DNA of 61,474 bases from an uncultured virus (IMG/VR IMGVR_UViG_3300028595_000010) (lineage: Duplodnaviria; Heunggongvirae; Uroviricota; Caudoviricetes). The notes beneath the pieces were generated by a model. The model saw only the letters and a program-made list of their open reading frames with translations, ran no database searches and was not told the origin of the DNA. Made by a program: the position numbers and the translations under genes. This document shows positions 1-9,765 of this stretch, in pieces; position 1 is the first letter of the stretch, and each line of letters opens with the position of its first letter. Location of the stretch: the IMG/VR virus record IMGVR_UViG_3300028595_000010, one strand, 5' to 3'.

Positions 1-8
1 GTTTACAT

Positions 9-329
9 ATGACAATTGAAAATATTCCTCTTAATATTTTGTTTGAGGCTGAAAGCCTTAAAGAATTTGCTACAGGTGCAGTAGGAGGAGCATTAGGCGG
101 GTATTATGCTGGTCATGCTTATGGCCGACATCAATATGCCAAAGAACTTCAACACTACATTAGATCTAATAATCTAGATCCATCTGAGCCTTTTGATAAA
201 AAACGAATCAAGAATATGAAAAAGATTCTTGCTAAGAAGTACGGACTATCCTCTACACTTATGGGCATCGGATTAGGTGCAGGCATAGGATCTGCTGTTG
301 GGATAGCCTCTAGATACGGAAGAGGTTAA
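9..329 (+). CDS. IPxxILFE-leader protein with Gly-zipper-like segments
   Basis: N-term MTIENIPLNILFE; GAVGGALGG and GIGLGAGIG segments; paralog of the next gene. Confidence 0.8.
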   Translation: MTIENIPLNILFEAESLKEFATGAVGGALGGYYAGHAYGRHQYAKELQHYIRSNNLDPSEPFDKKRIKNMKKILAKKYGLSSTLMGIGLGAGIGSAVGIASRYGRG

Positions 330-330
330 C

Positions 331-687
331 ATGTCATTACATAAACTTCCATTGCAAATTTTATTTGAAAAACAGAGTCTTGAAGAAATAACCGCTGGTC
401 CAGCATTAGGAACATATGCTGGAATGGCAGGAGGTTATGGATACGGTCGTCATAAATTTGCATCCGAACTTCAGCAGTATATTAAAGAAGAAGGATTAGA
501 TCCTTCTGTTCCTGAAGATATGGCCAAAATCAAAAAAGCATCCAGACGTTTAGCAATCCAGTACAAAATTCCTTTTGCAATTGGTGGAATGTTGGTTGGC
601 CAAATAATAGGAGGATTCCTCAAAGGCGCTAACCGAGGAGTCAAAGTAGCAGTCAAAGCTCAGCGTCTTGCTACTAGAGGAAGATAA
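331..687 (+). CDS. IPxxILFE-leader protein, paralog of 9..329
   Basis: MSLHKLPLQILFE; shares YGRHxxAxELQxYI...LDPS with 9..329. Confidence 0.8.
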   Translation: MSLHKLPLQILFEKQSLEEITAGPALGTYAGMAGGYGYGRHKFASELQQYIKEEGLDPSVPEDMAKIKKASRRLAIQYKIPFAIGGMLVGQIIGGFLKGANRGVKVAVKAQRLATRGR

Positions 688-968
688 TGATTTACAATAT
701 TCCAGTTCAAATTATATTTGAAAATTACGAAGAAGAATTGATGGGAATTCCTCGTAGCCCAAAATCTTCATCTGCAGAATTGACTACTGGAACAAGACCT
801 CCGATGGTGATATGGAACCAATCAGAAGATCCAGATGATATGGAGGAATTTGAAATTGCAGTTCCTCCATCATCTCATGTTAATACAGGAGGAGGACCTC
901 ACGCTCCTGACCTTCCATTAAATCTATCAAAAACCGGATCTAGGCAAGGAGAAGGACCAACAACATAG
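687..968 (+). CDS. IPxxILFE-leader protein, probably disordered
   Basis: MIYNIPVQIIFE; TAATG overlap with the upstream gene. Confidence 0.75.
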   Translation: MIYNIPVQIIFENYEEELMGIPRSPKSSSAELTTGTRPPMVIWNQSEDPDDMEEFEIAVPPSSHVNTGGGPHAPDLPLNLSKTGSRQGEGPTT

Positions 969-1026
969 ATCCCAAACAAACCTATGGGAACAAATAAAGG
1001 AGAGTACGCTAATCAAGGAGTTTAAA

Positions 1027-1386
1027 ATGATAGGCCGCAAAGAACAAAAACAAATTCGTAATAAGCTACTAAGAAAATACTATGTTCTTAATAAGGAAAT
1101 TTTTGTCCCACACAAAGAAGTAAGATTTTGGGGCAACAACTATGTTACAGTAAAATGCAAATATTCAGATGATGCTGAGATTGCTGCCCTCCTTATCACT
1201 GAATTGTTACAAGAACAATTGCAGAAATTCATTGCTCTATCTACAAATCCTTTCTCTCCTACCCCATCCTTTGGGAAGTATACTTTAGTATTTAAAAAAA
1301 TTGAACGGTCAAATAGATATGTCAGATGCACATTCCAACTTGTTAAAACCTTTACTTCTTTCAGATTAAAAACAAGCACACTCTAA
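1027..1386 (+). CDS. hypothetical protein
   Basis: AAGGAG RBS; GAACAAA motif at 988-994. Confidence 0.7.
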   Translation: MIGRKEQKQIRNKLLRKYYVLNKEIFVPHKEVRFWGNNYVTVKCKYSDDAEIAALLITELLQEQLQKFIALSTNPFSPTPSFGKYTLVFKKIERSNRYVRCTFQLVKTFTSFRLKTSTL

Positions 1387-1401
1387 AATATAAAAAATAT
1401 C

Positions 1402-1767
1402 ATGGCAATGAGACAAGTAAAATTGGATACATCTCAATTAGATACTGCTATGCATACAACAGCATGGATAGATATAGATATCACATCATTGGAAGATATA
1501 ATATTCTTAGATGTGCAGAAGAAAAAGAAGTATAAATATCTAAAAGAATATCTATCTAAAGAACTCACATTCATCTGCATAGGAGATGCAGATGATGCAG
1601 AGATACTAATGCATAAGGTAGCTCCTGAAGCAAGTCTATTCCATGAATTCACTTTTGCGAAGGGCCAAACATTTCTTCATAATGGCCAATTATATGTAGT
1701 CAATAAAGTTAAAGAAGATGAATCTAGTTGTACAATAATATCTGCATCCACAGTATATCAAACATAG
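1402..1767 (+). CDS. hypothetical protein
   Basis: ORF packed in a plus-strand run. Confidence 0.6.
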   Translation: MAMRQVKLDTSQLDTAMHTTAWIDIDITSLEDIIFLDVQKKKKYKYLKEYLSKELTFICIGDADDAEILMHKVAPEASLFHEFTFAKGQTFLHNGQLYVVNKVKEDESSCTIISASTVYQT

Positions 1768-2129
1768 GTAAAATTATGACCAATGTCAACATTTCTGATC
1801 AAATGATGAGAAGAAGATATCTTAATAAGAAGATCTATAGATCTAATTATAATAACGAATTTTGGGATATGATTGTTCAAAAGATTCTTGAAACTGATAT
1901 GAAAGAGTTAGAGAGCGAAAAAAGAATACCTACTTCATCAGAATTATTAGAATGTATAATAAAAGCCAGAAATGGAGCTGAGATACATGATTCTATTATT
2001 CATAACCCATATATTCCTTTACAGAGTTCTGATCCTACAAGTATGTCGTGGAATGTTATGAAAAATAGAGTTGGAGGTTATGGGATGAAAGTTATCAAAC
2101 CAAAATATCACGGTATCATAAAAATCTAA
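1728..2129 (+). CDS. hypothetical protein (true start probably MTNVN, about 1776)
   Basis: ORF followed by a hairpin at about 2137-2162. Confidence 0.6.
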   Translation: MYNNICIHSISNIGKIMTNVNISDQMMRRRYLNKKIYRSNYNNEFWDMIVQKILETDMKELESEKRIPTSSELLECIIKARNGAEIHDSIIHNPYIPLQSSDPTSMSWNVMKNRVGGYGMKVIKPKYHGIIKI

Positions 2130-2524
2130 GCAAAAATAGGGAGAGTTGTACACCCCTCCCTAAGCCACTTTTTCACACTTCCCGGCGGGCCATGCCCGGG
2201 TCGTGGGTGAAGCACTTCACGAGAGACCAAACTCATACTTCACCATTATACACACTTTGATCTTCTATCAAAGCGTGGGTTAATCGAAGACTTATCCCAT
2301 ATCCTCTATAACGAATCATAGGGTAGAGGGGATAAAACTTCTTCCAGCTAACGTTTTTATGTCTTCGCTGGTGGGAAGACAATTCCGCGGAAACTGAAAG
2401 AAAATGGAACTCAGCTTGGCCTAGCTGAGGATATCCAACTACCAGTAAGATGCCATAAATTAATATGACTAAAATTGAAGGCGCCCATACAATTTCTCAT
2501 ATGGACGCCTCGTTGGAAGCTGGC

Positions 2525-2968
2525 CTAGTTGGCGGGAACGACTTCCGGTTGCATTACCGGAACCTCAATGTTCTGACTGGAAGAAGCCCGTTTGGCTTCG
2601 TCCATCTTCCGTTCTGCTTGGAGACGCAACAATTCAGCTTGCCGCTCCATTTGGATTGCTTCGTCAGCCAGCCGCATGGATCTGGCATTCTGATACTCGG
2701 ATGTGATACCGAGTGCCTTGAACGTTTCAGCCCGGTTTTCATGCTCCTTATCAATCTCCGCGAAGCGCTCCTTTCTGCACTTCTTTGCGAGATCCTTCGG
2801 TGCGCCGTCCAGAAGTCGGAAGTGATAGTCAGCGTCAGCGTCGAGTTTTTGACCGACTGACTTTTCGGTGTTTGCTGCGGCGTGGGTGCAGCGATCCCAA
2901 AATCCCCTCTTAACCTTGATGGGGGCCTGAACTTTGACGGTTTTGGAGGCGTTTGCTTTGCTTGCCAT
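2525..2968 (-). CDS. hypothetical coiled-coil protein
   Basis: AAGGAG RBS before MASKAN; charged helical sequence. Confidence 0.7.
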   Translation of the reverse strand: MASKANASKTVKVQAPIKVKRGFWDRCTHAAANTEKSVGQKLDADADYHFRLLDGAPKDLAKKCRKERFAEIDKEHENRAETFKALGITSEYQNARSMRLADEAIQMERQAELLRLQAERKMDEAKRASSSQNIEVPVMQPEVVPAN

Positions 2969-3096
2969 TTGGATTTCTCCTTTTTTTGGCATTTGAGGTC
3001 TAGGATTGCTCACTTTGTGCGTGCAATGTTATCCTATTCCTTCACCCTATTATATATATAGAAATAGCGAATCCATCCAAACCTATAGGTTTATAT

Positions 3097-3462
3097 ATGC
3101 TCATTTCCGCTAAATATCTAAAATATCTATCAAAACCACTAAATCCTCCATATATCTCAGAACAGGATGTATTACAGGATGTTGAAAGTTATAATTGTAT
3201 GTTTGTAGACTATCCTGTAAGAAAAGGTGATGAATATGTGGAATTCCATAAAGAGGATGAAAGGAGCGATAGATTCTTCGCATTGAAGCTCCATATTGAT
3301 ACATATTTAAGAATGATCGAAAATGGAGAATATGAAATAAAGATACTAGAAGAAATCCAACCAACAAATCCACAGGTTCCAATTTTTGCATTTAAGAATA
3401 CTGTATGGGTATTCATCAAACATCTAGGAATGACATTTGAAAAAGTCCTACACAGATTTTGA
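3097..3462 (+). CDS. hypothetical protein
   Basis: ORF with an AGG RBS-like site. Confidence 0.6.
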   Translation: MLISAKYLKYLSKPLNPPYISEQDVLQDVESYNCMFVDYPVRKGDEYVEFHKEDERSDRFFALKLHIDTYLRMIENGEYEIKILEEIQPTNPQVPIFAFKNTVWVFIKHLGMTFEKVLHRF

Positions 3463-3496
3463 GAACAAATAATAAAGTTCAACTATGAGGTTATAA

Positions 3497-3670
3497 ATGG
3501 CACTCCATCATATTCCGATTAATATTCTTTTCGAACAGACTGAATCTGAACTTAGTGATCCTAAAAGAAGCAAAGAAGGAATGGATTCTCCTGTGGAAAA
3601 AAGTGAAACTAAACCTAACGCTAAAAAAGATACTAAGTTCAATAATATGAAGTACAAGCTAAAACGCTAA
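3497..3670 (+). CDS. small IPxxILFE-leader protein (57 aa, absent from the ORF track)
   Basis: Manual translation MALHHIPINILFEQTESELSDPKRSKEG...KLKR*; GAGG RBS; GAACAAA at 3463-3469. Confidence 0.8.
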   Translation: MALHHIPINILFEQTESELSDPKRSKEGMDSPVEKSETKPNAKKDTKFNNMKYKLKR

Positions 3671-3694
3671 ATGTATCTATCATAAAAAGTAATT

Positions 3695-4327
3695 ATGGCT
3701 TTAGATAATATACCCGTAATCGTTCTGTTTGAACAAGAAAGTCTACAAGAGCGTACCGCAGGAAGCGTCGGGACAACTAAAGCAATGTCTAGATTATGGA
3801 TTAGAAATCCTTGGGCATGGGCGTCATATGTAGCAATGACAATTCCGTATGGGCCAGGAATGTTGATGTCAATTTTTGCAGTTTCAGATGTAAAAAGAAA
3901 AATCATCAAATTCAGAAAAACTCCCGATGAACAAAAAGTAAGAAGATATTCTGCCGGGACAGTGGCCGCATATACAATGATTGTTACTGCCCAACTAGTT
4001 CAAGATAAACTAGATATGGAAGATGATCCGAGAGCAAGAGCCCAAATAATATTAAGTGTGCTTAATAACGTTCAGCATCAAATATTTAAATTTAGAAAGA
4101 TAGAATATCAGATTTATTCAGCGACTCATGCTGAAAAACGAGGCGCAGGATATGATCCATATATCAAAGATATCGAAGAGCAAAAGATGATCATGAGAAA
4201 GATCATACAGAATCCAAACTATAAAGCCTTCTTCGATTATAGCAGATCTCCTATCCTCAATCTCATCAAAAAAATACTTGGACGAAAGGATAGAGAAAAA
4301 CAAATGGCGGCGAGATATGCGCATTGA
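3695..4327 (+). CDS. IPxxILFE-leader protein with a hydrophobic segment
   Basis: MALDNIPVIVLFEQESLQE. Confidence 0.8.
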   Translation: MALDNIPVIVLFEQESLQERTAGSVGTTKAMSRLWIRNPWAWASYVAMTIPYGPGMLMSIFAVSDVKRKIIKFRKTPDEQKVRRYSAGTVAAYTMIVTAQLVQDKLDMEDDPRARAQIILSVLNNVQHQIFKFRKIEYQIYSATHAEKRGAGYDPYIKDIEEQKMIMRKIIQNPNYKAFFDYSRSPILNLIKKILGRKDREKQMAARYAH

Positions 4328-4685
4328 TGATATTCCTATAGACATCTTATTCGAAGCTAAATCTATCAAAAATGTCTGGAATGCTTGGCAGAATAAACTC
4401 AATGGATATTCTATGAGATGCGGAGTATCAAGAACCAAGCGAAGTATTGATAGAATCAAAAAGAGAATTGATAGAACTGGAAGTAGAGAGAAATTAAATC
4501 TCCTACATAGAATGTATGGTTTGAGTAGACAGATTCTTTCTTTATATGAGAAGGGAGTGAAAATAGTAGATGATAGGAACTTCAAGGAAAAGAAAAGTCA
4601 GCTATTCAATATTGCTTCCAAAATCAGTGATCTAGAAGAAGACAAATTCAAACTACAACGCAGACTTGGAATGCTTAGAGCTTAA
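4317..4685 (+). CDS. basic IPxxILFE-leader protein
   Basis: Start reassigned to MRIDDIPIDILFE. Confidence 0.75.
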   Translation: MRIDDIPIDILFEAKSIKNVWNAWQNKLNGYSMRCGVSRTKRSIDRIKKRIDRTGSREKLNLLHRMYGLSRQILSLYEKGVKIVDDRNFKEKKSQLFNIASKISDLEEDKFKLQRRLGMLRA

Positions 4686-4788
4686 AAATTTTTACATGTA
4701 AGCTCCTATAGCGTATTTAATATTGTAATAATCCCAAACGAAAATGGATATGTACCTTCGGGTAAACCAAAAGAAAAGGAAACCAGAA

Positions 4789-5121
4789 ATGAGTAACTGC
4801 CACATTAAACCATTAGGAGTTAACGTACTTCTAAAGGAAATCAAAGAGAAACAAGGAAACGAAGACCTAGTAGAAAATGGCATCATCATGCCCGATATGG
4901 TGAAAGCCGCTAGAGTAGCTCAAGGACGCACAATCATCAAATGTGAAGTTGTAAGACTTGGCGATGGAAAAGATGGACTTGAGATTGTAGAAGACTTTGC
5001 AAATATCCCAGTAGGCTCAACTGTGCTTATAGGTAGTCATGCAGGAATACCTGTATTTGATAATGGGATTGAATACCGAATGGTTGAAAGAAAAACTATT
5101 ATTGGTGTTGTAGAAAATTAG
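4789..5121 (+). CDS. groES: GroES/Cpn10-like co-chaperonin
   Basis: IKPLGxxVLLK, GIIMPD, VVRLGDG, VGSTVL, Y...IIGVVE; AAGGA RBS before MSNC. Confidence 0.85.
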   Translation: MSNCHIKPLGVNVLLKEIKEKQGNEDLVENGIIMPDMVKAARVAQGRTIIKCEVVRLGDGKDGLEIVEDFANIPVGSTVLIGSHAGIPVFDNGIEYRMVERKTIIGVVEN

Positions 5122-5241
5122 AGTTTTAGTAGTAATGGGAAGGTGCCTCAAACGGCGAGGTACCTTTTCCTAAAATTTTAAGATCAAAAAAAAGAGACCT
5201 GCGCTAAATGCAACAGGCCTCTTGCTTTTGGGTAGGGACGG

Positions 5242-5688
5242 TTAAATATCGTTAATGATACAGGATGGAGTCCATCCGTCATAGCGATAAGACTGCATGT
5301 CTATGTTTTCTGAGAGCCGAAACTCATTAGTCTTATCGAATTCCTCAATCAATATTCTTGCTGTCTTATGTGATTGCAAGTTCATGTTGAGAAACTGATT
5401 CAGTTGAATACAATAGGGACTTTTACATCCCGGCACACTTGTTATTTTGTAGACGAAGTTCCCATCAACTTCGCCTTCAACAATCCTGGTTCGAGACCTG
5501 ATAATTCTGTTGCAATAGATGCAAACTTTCTTGATCTCGATTTTGGTGTATTTTTTCTCTTCACTGTTACGGGTGTAGAGAAATGATACCCCTACACCCA
5601 TTCCTATTTCAGTGGCCTTCTTTTTAGCTTCCTTCAATGTATCCACGGGATACACTTTATCAAGATACTGCAGATATGCGCGGGTCAT
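5242..5688 (-). CDS. hypothetical protein with Cys pairs
   Basis: AGGAG RBS; CIYC and CKSPYC. Confidence 0.65.
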   Translation of the reverse strand: MTRAYLQYLDKVYPVDTLKEAKKKATEIGMGVGVSFLYTRNSEEKKYTKIEIKKVCIYCNRIIRSRTRIVEGEVDGNFVYKITSVPGCKSPYCIQLNQFLNMNLQSHKTARILIEEFDKTNEFRLSENIDMQSYRYDGWTPSCIINDI

Positions 5689-5825
5689 AGGAATACTCCT
5701 GTTTTACCATTTTGTGATTTATGTGGATAAGTTAATCCTCCGACATATTTTCGTGTTTTCCGGAAAATCATCCCTATCCTTTCCACAGAATATCGCCGAG
5801 ATACCACCCCTCCTCGAAGGGATGG

Positions 5826-5939
5826 TCAGATGTGGTCGGAGCAAGCATAAGTGAACGTTTCACCTGCTTCGGCCAACAAGCTTTCGATTTCCGCTATTTC
5901 GGGATCGCTCGCCCCGAGAATCCAGAGTCTATTAAACAT
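5826..5939 (-). CDS. 37-aa ORF, possibly a truncated gene
   Basis: AGGAG RBS; MFNRLWILGASDPEIAEIESLLAEAG...; downstream of the CTAAATATATA motif. Confidence 0.5.
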   Translation of the reverse strand: MFNRLWILGASDPEIAEIESLLAEAGETFTYACSDHI

Positions 5940-5990
5940 TAGATGAACTCCTATGTTTGGAGGTAAATGTTTCTTCAGATATCAATTTAT

Positions 5991-6001
5991 TATATATTTA
6001 G
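5991..6001 (-). promoter_or_regulatory. CTAAATATATA promoter-like motif (representative of 9 exact intergenic copies)
   Basis: Plus-strand TATATATTTAG at 5991, 8414, 11916, 15001, 17589, 25785, 28717, 31904, 32040; mostly just upstream of minus-strand genes. Confidence 0.75.
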
Positions 6002-6045
6002 ACTTCATATGCATATACCAAGTAACCAAAAAATTGGATATTACA

Positions 6046-6312
6046 ATGTTATACAAAATTCCTCTTGAGATTCTTTTTGAACAAGGATCCATACCTACAA
6101 AAATGGCAACTAACACTGCTCGTCAAGATGTAAGAAATATAGCCACAAGAGCATCTAATGCTGTTGCTAATAAATTTCCTGTGAATAAACCGCCCAATCA
6201 ACCAAAGCCAAAAACAGTAGCCGGAAAAGTATGGGGTGCAGCTAAAGCATTTGAACGTCGAGTAAGAAAAAACAATCAAGTAGCAGCCAAAAAGATGGCT
6301 AAAAATTTATAA
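6046..6312 (+). CDS. basic IPxxILFE-leader protein
   Basis: Start reassigned to MLYKIPLEILFE. Confidence 0.8.
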   Translation: MLYKIPLEILFEQGSIPTKMATNTARQDVRNIATRASNAVANKFPVNKPPNQPKPKTVAGKVWGAAKAFERRVRKNNQVAAKKMAKNL

Positions 6313-6355
6313 GATTCTTATATGAACTTTCATACCGAGTCATATAAGAATCTTA

Positions 6356-6391
6356 AAAAAAGAGCCAGGGAGATAAATCTCTCAAGGCTCT
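6356..6391 (-). terminator. intrinsic terminator, GAGCC...GGCTC family
   Basis: Hairpin plus A-tract (U-tract on minus strand); near-identical copy at about 13631-13665 and relatives at about 8452, 9109, 15914, 31936. Confidence 0.65.
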
Positions 6392-6403
6392 AATTTTTAA
6401 ATG

Positions 6404-6649
6404 TTATGCTAGAATTTCAGAACTCAAATTCATGAGTTCTGTCTTTACTAGTTTTGGATCTTTACCAGCTGCAATTTGAGATAGCAAATTTTCACATAGA
6501 TCTTTAGTTTCCTGACAATCTTTGTATATGTCAGGCATGGTAAAGATTGCCTGATAAACCAGTAAAACAGCATGTATATCGTGCACATTCTTCCCATTTG
6601 TCATATTCTGCAGTCGCAGAACCAACCCTTCATTTTGTTTCAGTTTCAT
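6404..6649 (-). CDS. hypothetical protein
   Basis: GAGG RBS; ends at a terminator. Confidence 0.65.
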   Translation of the reverse strand: MKLKQNEGLVLRLQNMTNGKNVHDIHAVLLVYQAIFTMPDIYKDCQETKDLCENLLSQIAAGKDPKLVKTELMNLSSEILA

Positions 6650-6668
6650 TCCCCATTCCTCTTTGTTT

Positions 6669-6836
6669 TTAACGATTGAGTTTATTCAAATTCAATCGTT
6701 GAAGTTCGATTACCTCAATCAGTTCTTGTGATTGAGTTAATATTTGTACCCGGTACCGTAGTTGAATTATCCACAAAGACATTCCCACTATGGTACAGAT
6801 TAGAGCTATAAACAGAATTCTTTCTTTGTTAGTCAT
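6669..6836 (-). CDS. small single-TM protein (55 aa, absent from the track)
   Basis: MTNKERILFIALICTIVGMSLWII...; paralog of 6833..7021. Confidence 0.7.
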   Translation of the reverse strand: MTNKERILFIALICTIVGMSLWIIQLRYRVQILTQSQELIEVIELQRLNLNKLNR

Positions 6837-7021
6837 CTCTTCATCTCTTTGTTTGTTTTATATGATCTCTTGAAGAGATCGTATTGAGCGTCAATGATAG
6901 TTTGGAGAACTTCTTGTTCTCTCATTCCTTCATTTATGCTATGAACATAAATGAACCTAATTGCAGTGGCGATGAAAACTATAAAAATCAACATCGCCCA
7001 ATTTAGTTGTTTGTTAGTCAT
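6833..7021 (-). CDS. small single-TM protein
   Basis: MTNKQLNWAMLIFIVFIATAI. Confidence 0.7.
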   Translation of the reverse strand: MTNKQLNWAMLIFIVFIATAIRFIYVHSINEGMREQEVLQTIIDAQYDLFKRSYKTNKEMKR

Positions 7022-7137
7022 CTCTTCATCTCTTTTGGTTAGTTACTTTCTAATAGTATTCAGTTAGGAATATATATAGATAGTTTTATCTTATCCAAAG
7101 TATAATAGAAGTCATATAAATTAACACGGAACTTATT

Positions 7138-7389
7138 ATGTCTTTATACAAAATCCCATTAGAAGTTCTTTTTGAATCCAAAAAGAAAAAAGATTACGAA
7201 CCACTTACTGCATCTGAAATAAAAGAATTTAATGATAGTCATGAAAAGACTGCATCACAATATGGTGTCAGTTTAAAGAAAGATAACAAAGGATATTTCT
7301 GTCATACCCATAGGGCTAGAAGTAAATCGAAGTCTAGTCCTAGTAAGATTACTAAGACAGAATTAAAGTTCATTGAGTCTACAGGATAA
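7138..7389 (+). CDS. basic IPxxILFE-leader protein
   Basis: MSLYKIPLEVLFE; C-term GYFCHTHRARSKS. Confidence 0.8.
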   Translation: MSLYKIPLEVLFESKKKKDYEPLTASEIKEFNDSHEKTASQYGVSLKKDNKGYFCHTHRARSKSKSSPSKITKTELKFIESTG

Positions 7390-7618
7390 AAATCAATAAG
7401 TTTATAGAATACCATCTTTCTATTTCTGGCACCGAAGTAAAGGAATTTAAAATTTAGAAAAAAAGAACCCTAAAGAATTTAATTCTTTAGGGTTCTTAAA
7501 ATTTAAGTCATCCGCATCCTGGGTAGCCGAAACTCCCAAACTTTGGCGGAAAGGTATATTATATACATTAATTATTATTATTATATCGAAATTAAGGCGG
7601 CATACATTATCTCCTAGA

Positions 7619-8380
7619 TTAGATTTTCGATACTTTGTATCTCATTTTGTGTATGGATGGATCAAACGAATAAGAATGATCTATCCATATAGGCTTGTTG
7701 AGCGCAGATACTAATATCTTGGAAAAAGATGTTGAGTTAAATAACTTGTTGGAAGCAATATCCAACTTCATCACATGGATTTTCCCTTTTAGTGCTTCAG
7801 CAATGTGCTGATGGGAAAATCCGTATCCATACATCTTATACAGTGCCAAAGCCGGTCTATTGTTGTACCGTACAATTCGGGCCCAACACCGTGCTTGATA
7901 TTTTCCAGATTTATCTGGTAGAAAGATAATACAGACATCTCGATCTGCCAAATGATGGAGCATTTGAGTACCCCTCCATTTTTTAAAACATGTGAATGTC
8001 TGCATTTTATCAGCTCTCAATAAATCATTATATCGACAGCTGAGTTTGAAAGAACAATTTTCTTGACTTACCCCTCTGAGTTTATAAATATGACTTATCT
8101 GAGACGGAGAAAAACCAAAGCGCCTCAAAGCTTTGCCCATCTTAGTTCCTCTAGGCGTATAGCCGTTGGATATGGTGTCTTTCCAGTCCTTCATAGATTC
8201 AATTTCAGGATACTCCTGAATAATCAATTGAAGTCCTATTCTGGAAAAATTATACCATCCTTCAAGATTTTGAAGGATTTTAAGTCTGGACTTCACATTT
8301 ATTTTTTCAGAAGATGCTTTCTTTCTTCTAGAAGCAATTTCTTTGATTCTTTGTCTAGTTCCCATTATCATCCTCCACAA
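7619..8380 (-). CDS. hypothetical phage protein
   Basis: 253-aa ORF downstream of the motif at 8414; GGAGG precedes the internal M codons near 8365. Confidence 0.7.
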   Translation of the reverse strand: MWRMIMGTRQRIKEIASRRKKASSEKINVKSRLKILQNLEGWYNFSRIGLQLIIQEYPEIESMKDWKDTISNGYTPRGTKMGKALRRFGFSPSQISHIYKLRGVSQENCSFKLSCRYNDLLRADKMQTFTCFKKWRGTQMLHHLADRDVCIIFLPDKSGKYQARCWARIVRYNNRPALALYKMYGYGFSHQHIAEALKGKIHVMKLDIASNKLFNSTSFSKILVSALNKPIWIDHSYSFDPSIHKMRYKVSKI

Positions 8381-8492
8381 AGATAGTTATGCTTTGGTTG
8401 TTTATCAAATAGGTATATATTTAGAAATTCTCCCCTTATTCAAACAAAGCAAAAAGAGCCAAGGAGTTTTCACTTCTTGGCTCAAATGGTTT

Positions 8493-8966
8493 TTATTCAA
8501 GGAGTTTTTGAATTGTAGGAACACCATCGAGGGGTATCGAATCTATCTCTTTCAGATGTTTATGCCCCTCCTTGGTTTTGGAAAGGTTTATACGAGCCAG
8601 CTCGCCTTTAACCTTCCTTTCCAAAAAAGGAATTTCTTTAAATGCCCGGTCGATATTTGCACGTTTTGTGTCAAGGTCAACCAAATCTTGCATAATAGAA
8701 GCTAAGGCAATCCCTGTTGCGGCAACATCTGGATCCTTTGACGGATCAATTTCTATTTCCACTTTCCGTCCAAGAGATCCTATTCTTACAGCAAACGGCC
8801 CAAGCCAATCTACAGGTCTGTCACGATTATCGGTCACAGAGAAACTTACATTGATCTTGAACGATTCACCGGTTTGGACACACTTACATGCATCCACAAG
8901 TTCATCGGACAAACCATCGGAATCTTGTGTATAAAATGTTATATGCAATCCAAAGAGTTCATCCAT
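8493..8966 (-). CDS. hypothetical protein
   Basis: ORF followed by a GAGCC-family terminator. Confidence 0.6.
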   Translation of the reverse strand: MDELFGLHITFYTQDSDGLSDELVDACKCVQTGESFKINVSFSVTDNRDRPVDWLGPFAVRIGSLGRKVEIEIDPSKDPDVAATGIALASIMQDLVDLDTKRANIDRAFKEIPFLERKVKGELARINLSKTKEGHKHLKEIDSIPLDGVPTIQKLLE

Positions 8967-9147
8967 CTCTTTGGATTGCTTAAAATACTTTCCGACCTTT
9001 CGGTTATTTTTCAGATTTTCTTCAATCGACTTTTTGAAGTTTTTTACTGCTTCCGCTCTTGCATCTAATGCTTCTTTCTGGTGCCAAAGAAAAAGAATTT
9101 ATGAGATAAAAAAAGAGCCAAGTGGAAATACACTTAGCTCGGCTCTT

Positions 9148-9714
9148 TTAGTTGGAATCGTGATTTTTATCTCGATTCTTTTTTCTCAAATATTTTTGTC
9201 GATCCCATTCCCTGTATTTTTCAGGATTCTTTTTTCGATCCTCCTTTGTTCTCTTTCTAGATATCTCATTAAGCCTTTCCCGATTTTCTTCTCTGTACTT
9301 TCTTTTTCTCTCTAGTACTTTTTCCCTATTGTCTTGGTGCCATTTTCTTTTTCTTGCTCGAATCTTTTCCTTATTTTTTGCATACCACTCTCTTTCGTAT
9401 TCTCTTCTCTTTTCAGGATCTTTTTTTCTTAGTTCTCTACTTTGAGCATTGAGTTTTTCTTTGTTCTTTTCTCTCCATACTCGTCTAGTGATTTTTGATT
9501 TTTCAGTTCGTGATTTTGCTCTTTCTTTTTCTATCCTAATTTTCTTTTCTTCTGGAGTTTCATTTTTTCGATCTTCGTAATATTTTATTAGAGTTTTCTC
9601 ATTATTCCTACACTTCTTACATACCAATGTGTTTGTATGAGGCCCAATGAATAAATCATTAAAACTTCCACATTTAGCACATTCCCCAATACTTTCAGGT
9701 ATAGTCCACACCAT
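9148..9714 (-). CDS. Zn-ribbon plus basic helical-repeat protein (like HNH-associated DNA-binding arms; no nuclease domain seen)
   Basis: CAKC...CKKC, then repeats such as WREKNKEK / WYAKNKEK / YREENRER; AAGGAG RBS. Confidence 0.7.
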   Translation of the reverse strand: MVWTIPESIGECAKCGSFNDLFIGPHTNTLVCKKCRNNEKTLIKYYEDRKNETPEEKKIRIEKERAKSRTEKSKITRRVWREKNKEKLNAQSRELRKKDPEKRREYEREWYAKNKEKIRARKRKWHQDNREKVLERKRKYREENRERLNEISRKRTKEDRKKNPEKYREWDRQKYLRKKNRDKNHDSN

Positions 9715-9765
9715 AAAAAATCTCCTTTAAGGCCGCCTCTAATTGAAGGGGCGGCCTTGTGAATA

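Noticed and set aside
2465..2860. Plus-strand 131-aa ORF
   Set aside because: Antisense to the better-supported minus-strand gene, which has an AAGGAG RBS.
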